Positions 50,528-63,845 of a stretch of 64,000 nt of DNA are shown here, one piece after another (the stretch's first letter is position 1; the number at the start of each line of letters is the position of its first letter). This DNA is from Eledone cirrhosa. Taxonomy: Eukaryota. The stretch is from the NCBI GenBank assembly GCA_964016885.1, contig OZ024744.1:73284001-73348000 (forward strand), given 5' to 3'. The translations under genes were made by a program, and so were the position numbers. Under the pieces are notes generated by a model that saw only the letters and a program-made list of their open reading frames with translations, was not told the DNA's origin and ran no database searches.

Positions 50528-51354
50528 TATAGGCAAAATAATTAATGAAAGAGTTACAAGCCGTTAAAACATATCTTTAAACATATCTTTATAAATCTCT
50601 TACACATGTTTCACCCAATGGGGCTCATCTGAGGCAGATATTAAGGCAAAGTTTTCATTATATACCCTATTAGGGTAAAATAATAACTTTACATCACAGT
50701 GTATATCAAATATACGTGGTTAAGTATAAAATATAGAGGGAAGAGATTAGTATGCTATTTTATTATTTAAAAGGAATTAACATAAGTAGGGTTGGTCAAG
50801 TCAGTGTAAATGATGATGTGTTTGGTGTGAGTATAAATAATTAGTAAAGTCGGCTGAATATTCGCAGTGCGGCTTCCTGGTCGGAGAACAGAAGGTGGAT
50901 GGTGGTGATATATATTCACACCTAACGTGCCCCATTTAACTAGTTAAACCTGTCTGTGGTCTTTAACGACTTTACTAATTATTTATACTCACACCTTAAC
51001 ACATCATCATTTACACTGAGTTGACCAACCCAACTTATGTTAATTCCTTTTAAATAATAAAATAAAACATTTTACATAGCTGGTAGAGGCCAGTAGTTAG
51101 AGAAGTAACGTTTTACTAGCACCGGTAATCACCTCCCTAAGCATACTAATCTCTTCCCTCTATATGTTATACTTAACCACGTATATTTGATATACACTGT
51201 GATGTAACATTATTATTTTACCCTAATAGGGTATATAATGAAAACTTTGCCTTAATATCTGCCTCAGACGAGCCCCTTTGGGCGAAACATGTGTAAGAGC
51301 TTTATAAAGATATGTTTTAACTATTGTAACTCTTTCATTAATTATTTTGCCTAT
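50528..51354. mobile_element. Large hairpin element, arms about 325-390 bp, with a hammerhead in each arm, ending in (TA)n
   Basis: 50528-50852 pairs with 50967-51354 (the right arm has an insertion of about 75 bp); CAGA(C/T)GA-GCCC....GGG(C/T)-GAAAC-ATGT-GTA at 51261-51300 (+) and 50597-50635 (-). Confidence 0.85.
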
Positions 51355-51359
51355 ATATA

Positions 51360-51396
<37 letters not shown>

Positions 51397-51403
51397 TTAT
51401 AAT

Positions 51404-51916
51404 AATCCCGCCGAGGTTAACTTTGCCTTTCATCCTTACGGGGTCAATAAAATAAAGTACCAGTAATGCACTGGTTAATTGCTGGCCTTGTGCCTAACGT
51501 AGAAACAATTATAATAATTGTTTCTACTTTAGGCACAAGGCCAGCATAATACAGAAGAATTTGCGTGTCTAGGAATTGGAAGAAAATACAGAAGTGTTCA
51601 TGATAATGTTTTCGTAAGGATGAACAACAAAGCTAACTTTGTCAAGATTTGAAATCAGAACGTAAAGGCCCACAACTCTATGCCATGAAGCATGGTTGCC
51701 GTCGCTCTGCCGATACTGCCAATCCACCACACATAATAATGATAATAATTGTTTCTACTTTAGGCACAAGGCCAGTAATTAACCAGTACATTACTGGTAC
51801 TTTATTTTATCGACCCCGTAAGGATGAAAGGCAAAGTTAACCTCGGCGGGATTTGAACTCAGAATGTAAAGGGACGTAACTATGCTAGAAAGCATGACAT
51901 CCAACTCTCTACCGAA
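51404..51916. mobile_element. SINE cluster: 51404-51510 (+), 51517-51545 (- tail), 51613-51728 (-), 51748-51916 (-)
   Basis: Consensus motifs. Confidence 0.85.
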
Positions 51917-51917
51917 T

Positions 51918-54900
51918 GCTTTCTTTATTAACCACAAGTGTTTACATAAAGTAGACATTAAGGACAATACAGGACAATACAGGACGGTACAAATGGGCAT
52001 TTCTGCGTGTAAAAAACAAAAACAGAGGATGTAACAAAAAAAAAACAATGAAAAATTCCCCAATAGAGGGGAGACTTCCGAGGGACATTCGTGGAGAAAA
52101 CCCATTAAAAAAGCCACGGTGACCCTGACCACCAGGGTAAGTGCCCTCTCCCAGTTTTCCACCTTCAATTTACAGGCACACACTCAAAGTAGGCCCATTC
52201 ACTCGGGCCATTCTTGCCTCTCTCACCCATCTTTCAACAAAATGCTGGGAAGAGAGCAGCTCCCTCTCTACCCTGATTTTCCTTTTTAAATGAAATTTGA
52301 AAACGTTAATCAGAGTATCACCAAAGAGGTAAGTGCTCGTCTTCAGCCTTTTCAGACGCGTCCCCATACTATCTCTTTCGCCATGGCCACCAGACAGATA
52401 AAAACTGCCTGCCCTTCTCAGCGCTAAGGAAGAGGGCGGGGCAATCCTCACGATGGACTCAGCTGATAGCCGGAACCGTCCTACACGCGACAGCAGGTGT
52501 TCGACATAAACCCACAAGTCAGCAATGCTCGGACACTGGACGAGTGCGTGCAGGACGGTTTCGTCGCCATGCGCGCCTCTCGGATATGCCTGGCTGACGG
52601 CACTTCCATGCCTGTAGAGTTTATCCCGAAATGGCAAAGCTCCTCGGTAGAACTGCCAGGCCAGGGATTTCTGCAAGTTGTCCATAGGCCAGGCCCGAAA
52701 GTTCTTCCGAAGAGATTGGCTAGTTGATTTTCGTCGACGCCTAGAGTTTCCCCAAGTACGTCGTCGCTCTTCACCTCCACTAATCCTCTATAGAACGCCA
52801 AGGTAGAGTTTCCACCGATCACATTGCTCGACTGATCTAGGGCTGTGAGCGCTTGAAGACATTCCAGTCTCCAAGCGCTCCCTCTCGGTCTTCGCTTGAC
52901 CCAGGACTGCAGCTCCGTCAAGGAGACGAGCTGGGGAAGGACGCGTCTAGCAAAAGGCGAGCACACCTGATCACCGTCGAGGAAGAGGTGATGTCGTAGC
53001 CTGAGCGCGTGTCTGCGCATCATCAGCCGCAGCATGCCCAGCCCTCCACATAGGGGGTGTTGACAGTAGATGGACCACCTGACCATCGGAGCGCGTCCCC
53101 AAAAGCGAAATAGCAAGCGCTCCAGCGCAGTCAGGCGAGGCTTAGGACAAGGTACGACAGTCAGGCGGTAGTAGATGACGGACGCGATGTACGCATTCGC
53201 CTCCGCTCGACCTTTCAAGGATAGCTTCCTCTCTGCCCATTCTGAGTGAGAAAAGCCACCCTGCTCTTGACCTCTTCCCAGTTTTTGTCCGTCTGGAGGT
53301 CCGGACCGAACCAGACCCCTAGCAATTTAACCGGCCCGACGACGCTGTTGGCCGGCATGGACCTGCCTCTCCAGGTGCCAAGCTGCATGCCCACTGACTT
53401 TTCCTAGTTGATCATTGCTCCTGTCACCGCGTCGTAGTCTCTTAGTGTAGTGCCGATCGCCTCGATGTGTTTAGCGTTCGACACCACTACGGTGACATCG
53501 TCTGCATATGCTGACACAGATCTTCCGCATCCTAGTTCGCGCGAGACTCCCCTCAACGTCTCCGGTTTGTGCAGTAATGGTTCGAGAGTCAATACGTACA
53601 AGAGGGATGAGAAGGAACATCCTTGGCGGACCGAGCGCATGATTTTGAACTGTTCCGAAAGGTGACCGTTCACTTTCACCACAGAGATGTCGCTGTGCAT
53701 GGCAGTGATCCAGCCTCTGAAGGCGGGCCCAAAGCCAGCCGCCCTCAGGACTGCCGCCAGATAACGATGGTCGACCTTATCGAAAGCTTTCGACTGATCT
53801 AAATTGATCAAGGACCCACCCGTGCCAGGTAACCTAGCTACCCTCTCCACGATGTATTGCATGAGGTGGAGGTTGTCGTGGATGGATCTGTCTGGAATGG
53901 CGCATGTCTGCGCCTCTCCCACCAGACCACCAGCAACAAGCACCAACCTCTTTGCTAGCACCTTGGCCAAAATCTTGAACTCTGTGCTTAGCAGAGTTAT
54001 GGGCCTGAAATTATCTGTTATCCCACTTGTTCGGATCCTTTCTCAGCAGTGCCACCGCTCCTCGGCTCACAGAACTGGGAATTCTCCCATTCTGTTGCCA
54101 AGAGGCCTCCGAACAAGTCTGGTATGTGTACGTAAAGTTTGTAGCGCAGACCATCCAAACCAGGTGACTTACCCCTTGTGCAGCCAGTCATTGCCTCCCG
54201 TACCTCAGCGGCTGTTATCGGCTTTTCGAAACACTCCGCCTCAGTGGCCGAGAGCCGCGGCACTCCGTCGAGGTAGGCACGAAAGTCCATCCCGCGATCC
54301 GGCCCGCCGCTGCCCCCGAACAGCTGAGCAAAGTGTCGCTGAAAAGCTTCACACATTTGCTCGAGATTGAGTAGCTTACGCCCGTCGTGGTTCACCAAAG
54401 ACCGTATCGTGGCTTTGTTGCCACGACGCGCCTCCTCCACTCGGGCCCATTGAACGGCTTTCATCCCCTCGTGTCTGAGAGCACGCGCCATAGCTCTGAC
54501 AACGCAGCCTTCGTGCTTTGCATTGAAGAACTGATCAAGGGCCAATTTCGCCGCAAGTACGTCGGTCGTGATGCCTTTACTAAGCACCTCGTCTAATTTT
54601 CTAATTAGTTTTCCTACTGCTCTATTTTTCTCTATTGCTAAAGCCTTACTAAACCTAATGAACATGAACTCTATTCTAATCACTCTTTTCAGTGCAAACC
54701 ACCATTTGTTGTTGACGATGGCCCCCTTCAACGCCCGCTAACTAGTTCGCTAATCCGGTCTCTGTAGGAATTGCGTGCTGTTAAAGACGCGTTTAGCTTC
54801 CAGGAGCCGGATCCCTGTCTATGAAGCCTATCTAAGTCAACTACACAGATCTCGAATTTGTGGTCTGTGTAGTCGTCTATCTTGAATTGTTGACAGCCTA

Positions 54901-55345
54901 TTCTAGATCTATCTATTTCCCTACAAAATACCCTATCTAGATATGATCTGGATGACCCGATGCCGTTTGTCCATGGCCACATTGGCACATTCGGGAAATC
55001 CAGACGGTACCTGTCAGACAATTGTAACCGTCTGAGCAGGTTTGCGAGATCTTTTACACCCTCCTGCCCTATCCGCTAATCCCACACAGTCCCAGCGTAC
55101 ATCTAAGATCTCGTTCCAGTCGCCCACTAACACTAAAGAACGGGACGTTCCAAGAAAGGTCTCCAGACCCCGGAAGAAATCAGGCTGCCCTGCTCCTGTC
55201 GGAGCATAGACGGCCACTAGTCTGAAAGCTTGCCTGTCTCTGCTAGTCACGCCCAGCACCACCAACTTACCTTCTGGGTCCAAAAAGATGGCCCGTATGG
55301 CGAGATCCAAGCCTCTCCGAAAAAGCACAGCAACTCCTCCCCCGT
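51918..55345 (-). mobile_element. L1/Tx1-like LINE copy A, degraded ORF2, 5' truncated within the APE domain
   Basis: VYAP, GDWN, YLDR, DH, WKLN, KSPGLDG, LDQSKAFDKV, VRQGC, YADD, GGLG, ETVLHAL..C. Confidence 0.9.
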
Positions 55346-55602
55346 TGTCACACGACAGCAGACATATTGTGGGGGGCGTGGTTTAGCTATGTTAAACAAA
55401 TTTTTTTTAAAAAGTAAAATGTTCAAATATTGTTCAAATATTTGGGAAAAAGGGCCCAAATATTATACTTTCCCGTTCCCAGGGCAAAGATCAAGGGCTT
55501 ATATCCCTTATACGAGAAAAATTAAACAACAAATAATTATAACAGATAAATAAAGCGACTTACAGGGAGCGAGCAAAAGCACGTTCGAACAGACCAATAA
55601 TA

Positions 55603-55789
55603 ATTGTTTGTACTTTTTGGCACAAGGCCAGAAATTACCCAGTACATTACTGGTACTTTATTTTATCGACCCCGTAAGGATGAAAGGCAAAGGAATCCCT
55701 CGGCGGGATTCGAACTCAAAATGGCAAGGGCCGTAACTCTATGCGTCAAAGCATAGCGTCCGACCCTCTACCGATACTGCTAATCCACC
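55603..55789 (-). mobile_element. Meta-domain SINE with flanking direct repeat (probable TSD) AACAGACCAATAATAA
   Basis: Direct repeat at about 55588-55603 and 55790-55805. Confidence 0.85.
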
Positions 55790-55800
55790 AACAGACCAAT

Positions 55801-58800
55801 AATAATAATAATAATAATGATTTCATTTATTGGCCACAAGGGCCGACATATAGGGGACAATACAAAAGACTGGGACAGTGGGGTTTTACAGAAAAATCGA
55901 GTAAACAATATGAATAACAATAACAAAGTAACAATAACAAAGTAACAATAAAGTAACAAGAAAATTACAAAAAAAAATTGATGACCACCCAGGGTTCGCT
56001 CAGGTACCCCACCAATCCTGAACGACCCACCGCTTCGAGAGCACCCTGGAAGGGCACCCCCTCTCCTCCTCAATTTTTCCTACCTACAGCCGCATGACCA
56101 GAGTAGGCCCACTCACACGGGTCATTCTCGCCACATTCACCCACCTTTCAGCAAATGTACTGGGGGCAGCACTTCTCTCTCCACCCTCACCTTCCTTTCT
56201 AAGTGAAACTTGAAAAAGTTGATGAGGGATTGGCCGAAGAGAAAAGTGTCTGTCTTCAGTCCTTTCAACCTCGTCCACCTTAAAACCTCTTTCGCTACTG
56301 CCACCAGACAGAGGAAAATTACCTCCCCTTCCTGGCCAAAAGAAGGCGGCGGGTCTATCTTCACTATGGACTCAGCCGATAGACGGATCCGTTGTACTCG
56401 CGACAACAGCTGTTCAACATAACTCCACAAGTCAGTAATGCACGGACACCGGACGAGTGCGTGCAGAACGGTTTCGTCGCTCTGCGCGCATCTCGGGCAG
56501 GTCCGTCTGACAGCACTTCCGTACCTGTAGAGTTTATTTCGAACCGGCAGTGCCCCCCGGTAGCACTGCCAAGCGAGGGATCTTTGGAAATTATCCATCG
56601 TCTCCGGCTCGAAAGTCCTCCGGAATAGACTAGTTAGTTCGACTTCGTTGACTCACAGAGCCTCTCCGAGTGCGTCGTCGCACTTGCCCACCACTAATCC
56701 TCTATAGAACTCGAGAGTGGATGTTCCACTGACCGCATTGCCCGCCTGGTAGGGGGCAGTGAATGCCTGGCAACATTCCAGATGCCAGTCACCCAGTCTC
56801 GGTCTCTTCTTGACCCAGGACTTCAGCTCAATCAAAGAAATGAGCTGCGGAAAGGCCCGTCTGACAAACGGCGACCACACCTGTTCACCGTTTAGGCAGA
56901 ATATCTGGAGATGCCGCAGCCTCCGCGCGTGCCTGCGCATCATTAGCCATGGCATTCCCAGCCCTCCACGTAGAGGGTGCTGGCAGCAGATGGACTGCCT
57001 CACCAGCGGAATCTGACCCCTCAACAAGATTTGAAGAGGAGCCGCTCCAAGATGGCGAGGCGCGAACGGGGGCAAGGGACGACGGTCAGACGGTAGTAGA
57101 TGACGGACGCGATGTACGCTTTCGCCACCTCCGCCCGACCTTTCAGTGATAGCTTCATCCCAGCCCATTTCTGGGTTGGACTGGTTACCCTGCCCGTCAC
57201 CTCGTCCCAATTCTGATCCACCTGGAGGTCTGGCCCGAACCAAACCCCTAGCAACTTTACTGGTCCGTCCGTCCAGCGCCTAACGACGCTGTTGGACGGC
57301 ATGGGCTTTCCTATCCAGGTGCCGACTTTTCCGGGTTAAGGTTTGCTCCCGTCAACCTTTCATATTCCACCAATAAGTTGCCGACCAACTCGATTTCTGA
57401 GGTGTCCGACACCATCACGGTGATGTCGTTCGCATAAGCCGACAGAGCCTTTCCGCGTCCCGGTTCGAGCGGTATACCCTGCAACAGCTCCAGCTTCCGC
57501 AGTAAAGGCTCGCGAGTCAATACGTACAGAAGGGAGGAGAGAGGGCACCATTGACGGACCGATCGGGAGACCTGAAACGGTTCCGAGAGGTGGCCATTAA
57601 TTTTGACCATCGAGCAGGTGCCGCTGTGCATTGCAGCGATCCAGCTTCAGAAGACGGGACCGAAGCCAGCCGTCTTGAGGACAGACTCCAGGTACTGATG
57701 GTCGACCCTATCGAATGCTTTCGATTGATCTAAATTGATCAGAGTCCCACCGAAGCCAGGTTTACACCCTACCCTCTCTATGATGTATCGCATTAGGTGG
57801 AGGTTGTTGTGTATGGACTTGGTTGGGATTACGCAAGTTTGCGCCTCCCCAACCAAATCCCCGACGAGAAGCGCCAACCTCTTCGCTAACACCCTGGCCA
57901 AAATCTTAAACTCTGTTTTGAGCAGATTTATGGGCCTGAAATTGTCTGTGTCCCTCTTGTTCTCGTCTTTCCTTATCAGCGTCACTACGCCCCGGCTCAC
58001 AGAACTGGGAATACTCCCGTTTTGATGCCAGTTGCAGTAGAGCGCTTCGAAGAGATTGGAGAACAAGTCTGGCACATTTACGCGAAGCTCGTAGGGCAGA
58101 CCATCCAAACCGGGTGACTTGCACCTCATGCAGCCGAAAAGGGCATCCTGAATCTCGGCTGAAGTAATCGGCCCTTCGCAGCGCCCAGCGTCGGCCGTCG
58201 ATAGTTGCGGCAAGCCATCGAGGTAGGGACTGAAGTCCGCCACCGTCTCTGACCCGCCACTTCCCCCGAACAACCGAGCAAAATGTTGGCAAAAGGCCTC
58301 ACACATCCGCTTGGAATCGCTCAGCTTGTGTCCGTCTCGGTCCGTCAAAGACCGAATCGTGGTTTTATTACCGCGCTGCGCCTCGGCCACGCGGGCCCAT
58401 CGAACAGGTTTGGTTCCCTCGTTTCTCAGAGCACGCGCTGTAGCTCTGACAATGCAACCTTCGTGTTTCGCATTGAAGAAATGGTCTAATGCCATTCTCG
58501 CCGCTAGCACGTCAGTTGCAATGCCACTACAAATAGCCTCATCTAACTTATCAACCAACACCCCCTCCTTTCTATGTTTCTCTAACGCTACTTCTTTGCT
58601 AAACTCTATCGACATTACTGTAATCTCTCTTTTGAGAGCCCCCCACCATCTATTGTTGACGACTTCCAATGTCAACCTTTTATTAACTAAATTGTTGACC
58701 TGGTCCCTGTAAACCTTACGTGCCGGAAATGTTCAGCTTCCAGTAACCAGGTCCTAACCTACGCGTCTTATCTAGGTCGACCATACAGATCAAAAACTTG

Positions 58801-59780
58801 TGATCTGAATAGGCGACCGTTTTAAAACGTGGACAGCTTACACTATTTCTGTCTATTTTCCTAATGAATATCCTGTCTATATTCGATCTAGATGACCCTA
58901 TGCGGTTAGTCCAGGTCCACACTGGCGCATTAGGGAAATCTAGTCGGTACCTGTCAGACAGTTGGAACTGGCTGATCAGGTTCTTGAGGCTTTTGCGCCC
59001 CCCGCTCCTATCGGATACTCCCACACAGTCCAAGCGTGCGTCTAAGATGCCGTTCCAGTCCCCCGCTAACAGTAAAGGGCGGCAAGACGTACCCAGAAAG
59101 GCTTCCAGGCGTCTAAAGAAGTCCGGCCGTCCTGCCCCAGTAGGGGCGTAAACAGCCACCAGTCTAAAGGCACCACTTTCATTATTATTCACGTCCAGGA
59201 CTACCAACTTCCTCTCCGGGTCCCGGAAGATCGACCTTACCTCGAGATCCAGGCCTTTCCTAACCAGCACTGCCACCCCGCCTCCCATTCCCGGCCGACT
59301 AACAGATGCAAAGATCTGATAGTCGTCGAAAATGGGAGTTAGTGCGCGCGTGTAGGAAATCCTGGTCTCTCTGACAGCAATTACATCCATTTCTAGAGAC
59401 CTGAGGTCGTTGAGCAGGGGACTCTGCTTCCAGGACGATCCCAGGCCTCGAACATTTAAACTTCCTACTCTTAATACGGCCATGTTGGCAGGTTAAAAGA
59501 GAGAGAGGAAAGGTTTATTTACCTTCCGGCCTCTTGTGAAGGTCGGGTCGTTCGACCTCCATAGTTGGTGGGGTTTCTTTTGGGAACCCCTTTAAAAGTC
59601 TTGAAGTGGGTTTTACGTTCGGGGTTCCCACGTTCCGAGGAAAGCTGTCTCGTATCTCTTTGTATAAATCGAGCGACATTCGTACCAGAAACAAATCTTC
59701 CGGCACGCGAAATGTGCTCGATTTAAAAATTTCCCCCTCTTTTTGTATATCTTCACTTCGTGCTACGAGAGCCATCATTT
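55801..59780 (-). mobile_element. L1/Tx1-like LINE copy B: ORF1 C-terminus plus full-length but frameshifted ORF2 (APE-RT-zinc knuckle), (ATT)n tail
   Basis: APE SLNVRGL..ET..GGGVA..VYAP..GDWN..IDR..SDH (58716-59483); RT 57311-58675; CPRC...ETVLHAL..C; 3' AATAAA plus (ATT)n. Confidence 0.93.
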
Positions 59781-59794
59781 CCTATTCTCTTTAA

Positions 59795-59960
59795 CCTACA
59801 GGTACATGCTCAGAGTAGGCCCATTCTCATGGGCCATCCTTGCTACATTCGCCCACATTTTTACAAATGTACCGGAGGGCAGAACTTCCCTCTCCACACT
59901 CACCTTCCTTTCCAAGTGAAACTTGAAAAATTTGAGGGATTGGCCAGAAAGAAAAGTGAC
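59795..59960 (-). mobile_element. L1/Tx1-like LINE copy C, ORF2 3' fragment
   Basis: Homologous to 56084-56250 (FKFHLERKVSVERE...W.NVARM). Confidence 0.8.
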
Positions 59961-60039
59961 TATTTGATACTGAAAAATGAGTGTAAGTGTAACGGAGTTT
60001 CACATTTCAGATTCCATGTCTTCCTTTGATGTGGAAGCC

Positions 60040-61790
60040 TCTTTCAGGAATATTAGTTAAAGACATGTTTACAGACGGAGAGAGGAAATTTGCTTCCTGA
60101 TGAGTTGAAGGGGTCTAGATGTATTAGCAGAAAAACGAAAGACCAACATATAATTGATAAACTGGTACTGAAGAACTGCATAAAGAGGCTCTCCAATCTG
60201 TCCATTTCTTGGATTGACTACAAGAAGGCTTATGGTATGATGCTGTATTATTAGATTCTTCACTGTTTGAATATTTTAAATGTATCAAACATCACCAAGA
60301 GCCTTATAGAGAAATCAATGGTTAAATGGAAAGTAGAACTGACATCAGCTGGAGAAAGATTAAGTGAAGGAAAGATAAAGCAGCGCATCTTCCAAGGAGA
60401 CAGTTTATCACAAATTTTGTTTGTTGTTGCAATGATACCACTGTCAGTTTTTCTTAAAAGTGTGTCAATCGGATAGAGTCTAGGAAAAAATAAGAGCAAA
60501 ATCAATCATTTATTGTTTATGGATGATTCAAAACAATACAGTCGTAATGTAGAAGAGCTAGACAGCTTAGTTCAAATAGTCAGAGTAATTTACGAAGACA
60601 TTGGGATGGAGTTTGGCATTCGAAAATGTGCAATAATAGAGGTAAAGTGTAGAAAGCAGGCAGGGTGTAATGGAATCGAATTACCGAACGGTGAAGGAAT
60701 CGAGTCAATGGAAACAGAGAGAACATAAGAATATCTACAAAGTCATAAAGTAAAAAACAAAACAAAACAAAAAAACATGACAGAAATTGTCAGAAAAGAG
60801 TACTTTCTAAGATTGAGTACAACCCCCAAACCAGTTTGAATGGTGGACATACTGTGCTGGTAATAAATGCCAGAGATGTTTCATTAACTAGGCGTGGGGC
60901 AGGTAAAGTAGATTAGACAAAAGAAGAGTTGGAGGAAATTGATCGAAAAACTAGGAAAACGCTCACTGTCTATTGAATTATGATCCCACAAGGTGATACA
61001 GACAGGCTCTATTGGAAAAGAAAGGATGGAGGTAGGGAATTGTTGAGTGTACAGGGTGCTGTCAAAATAGAAGAAAGTGATATGGGCTTCTATGTTAAAA
61101 ATAAGAAAGAAGAGCTTATATTGGAGGTTATCAGGGAAGGCATATTTGAGAAAAATGAAAACCCAGAAAACACAAAGACTGAGATTGCTGAAGAGCGTAA
61201 AAAAGCATTTCATAAAAAGCCCCTGCATTCAGAACTCCTTAAGGAAACAAGAAACGTGTGTAATTACAGAAATAGTTGTTTAGAGTTACAAAAAGGATAC
61301 ATTGAGAAAGAAACAGAAGGATTTATATTAGCAGCGCAAACGAAAGAACAAGGTGGGTAATGAAAAAAAATAGACAAGAAAGATGTTCAAACTGAATGTA
61401 GAATTTATCGGGAGAAACCAGTTTTCAGAGTGTAAGCAGTTATTTCAGAATGATTACTAAAAAGGCAGACATGATAAGAACCACCATGTTGCACTGGAGC
61501 TTATTTATGGATAAAATTATGGATTTCCATATACAGAAAGAACTATAATCATGGTGTCATAAATGAGATGAGAGTGTTAGAGAACGATAAAGCTCTTATG
61601 GGACTTCCGAAATAAGACCGAGATGAAGAATGAACACAAAGAAAATATTGTAATTGAGAAGAAAATAAACTGTAGCCTCATAAATATAGCTTGTCCTTTT
61701 GACAGCAGAATTAAACAAAAAACGGAGAACGGGGCTTATACAGACTTATACCGAAATGCTGGAGTAATGAAGTGAAGATAATCACCTATG
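60040..61790 (+). pseudogene. Dong/R4-clade non-LTR retrotransposon, degraded
   Basis: WIDYKKAY, IFQGDSLS..LFV.AMIPLS, INHLLFMDD.K, DIGMEFGIRKC, DRLY..RKDGGR.L, KETEGFILAAQ, LWDF-like remnant. Confidence 0.82.
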
Positions 61791-62150
61791 TCCCAATGAA
61801 CATTCCACCGGACTTGGACAAATCACAATGGGTCATCCACATTGTATTTTAATAGAGTTTTCATTAAGGTAATCGATAGGGAACCAGGAATGTATCCAAG
61901 GTTTGGCGGGTATTTATATACGTTAACTTTAAAATCTGTGGAAGAATAAAGCAAATTTTAACATTGCTAATAGGCAAGAATCCAGCTGTTTGTAGATGGT
62001 CGAGCTATATCCGGTACGGACAGTTTTTCAGGGAGTGGGCTAGTGGATTAGTTAAGTGATAATTGTCTGCATGTTATTGATGGTGAAGCGGGAGAAACAC
62101 AAACCTGTGCAATCCTCCAGCAGATCTATCCAAGACGACATTATCTTTAG

Positions 62151-62987
62151 CAATACAACATAGAGTGGACTGGACTATGTGTTGTTAGCTGGGCTCTGAG
62201 CATTTTAAATTAGTGTAAAGCATTTAACAGACTTCACAGATCATCGGTACTTCGAGTCAGTAATAGGCGCAACGTTCAATACAACATAGAGTGGACTGGG
62301 TTATGTGTTGTTAGCAGGGCTCTAAGCATTTTAGATACGGTACTTCGAGTCAGTAATAGGCGCTACCTTCAATACAACATAGAGTGGACTGGGTTATGTG
62401 TTGTTAGCAGGGCTCTAAGCATTTTAGATACGGTACTTCGAGTCAGTAATAGGCGCTACCTTCAATACAACATAGAGTGGACTGGGTTATGTGTTGTTAG
62501 CAGGGCTCTAAGCATTTTAGATACGGTACTTCGAGTCAGTAATAGGCGCAACCTTCAGTATAACATAGAGTGGACTGGGTTATGTGTTGTTAGCAGGGCT
62601 CTAAGCATTTTAGATACGGTACTTCGAGTCAGTAATAGGCGCTACCTTCAATACAACATAGAGTGGACTGGGTTATGTGTTGTTAGCAGGGCTCTAAGCA
62701 TTTTAGATACGGTACTTCGAGTCAGTAATAGGCGCAACCTTCAGTACAACATAGAGTGGTTGGGTTATGTGTTGTTAACAGGGCTCTAAGCATTTCAGAT
62801 ACGGTACTAGTCAGTAATAAGCGCTACCGAGTTCAATACTTTCAATATAAGGTAGAGTCGACTGGGCTATGTGTTGTTAGTAGGGTTTTGAGCATTTTAG
62901 ATTAGTGTAAAGCATTTAACAGAGTTCACAGACCATCGGTACTTCGAGTCAGTAATAAGCACTACCGGGTTCAATACTCTCAATACA
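62151..62987. repeat. 93-bp tandem array (about 6 copies) flanked by two longer units
   Basis: A(C/T)AACATAGAGTGG recurs at 62281, 62374, 62467, 62560, 62653 and 62746; the first unit is 126 bp. Confidence 0.95.
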
Positions 62988-63052
62988 ATCTGGATCGATT
63001 CATCTCCAACACCGTTAACTACTACAACATGACAACAATTAGAATTACTTGC

Positions 63053-63086
<34 letters not shown>

Positions 63087-63204
63087 GTCGTCATCATCAT
63101 CATCATCATCATCATCACCATCACCATCATCGTCATCGTCATCATCATCTACATCATCATCGTCGTCGTCGTCGTCGTCATCATCATCATCATCATCATC
63201 ATCC

Positions 63205-63240
<36 letters not shown>

Positions 63241-63845
63241 ACACCCCCACCATCATCAACACGACGACGACGACCACCACCACCACCAGCATAACCACCA
63301 TCATCATCATTATCAACACCAATACAACGGTTATCATTAACACCTAAATTACCACCGCCAAGAGCAATAGCACCAATACCAACTAAAACTACCACCACCA
63401 CCACCACCACCACCACCACCACTACCTCCAACGCCACGACCACCTTCAGCAGCAGCACCACCACCACGGCCACCACTACCACCACCTCCATCAGGACCAC
63501 CACGACGATCACCACGACTATATCATCACCTGTAGCAAACCCACACCTTTAGCACCCACCACCACGACCACCATCACCATCTCCACCACCACGATCACTT
63601 TCAGCAGCAGCACCATCACCACGACCACCACTACCGCCATCACCACCACCACCACGACCACCTCGACACCATCACCTCCTCCATCACCACCACCACTACT
63701 ACCACCACCACCACCACCACCATCATCACCACAATCACCAGTGGCAATATCCACTCTCGAATTTCACCATCACAACATCCCTCCCTCCATCACAGCCGGC
63801 CACCCGCCTCCTCTACCAACCACCACCACCACCACCAACCTCAGT
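63053..63845. repeat. (CAT)n/(CAC)n microsatellite field
   Basis: Direct inspection. Confidence 0.93.

Noticed and set aside
62151-62987. CRISPR-like array
   Set aside because: The units are near-identical throughout with no unique spacers, no cas genes are present, and the context is eukaryotic.
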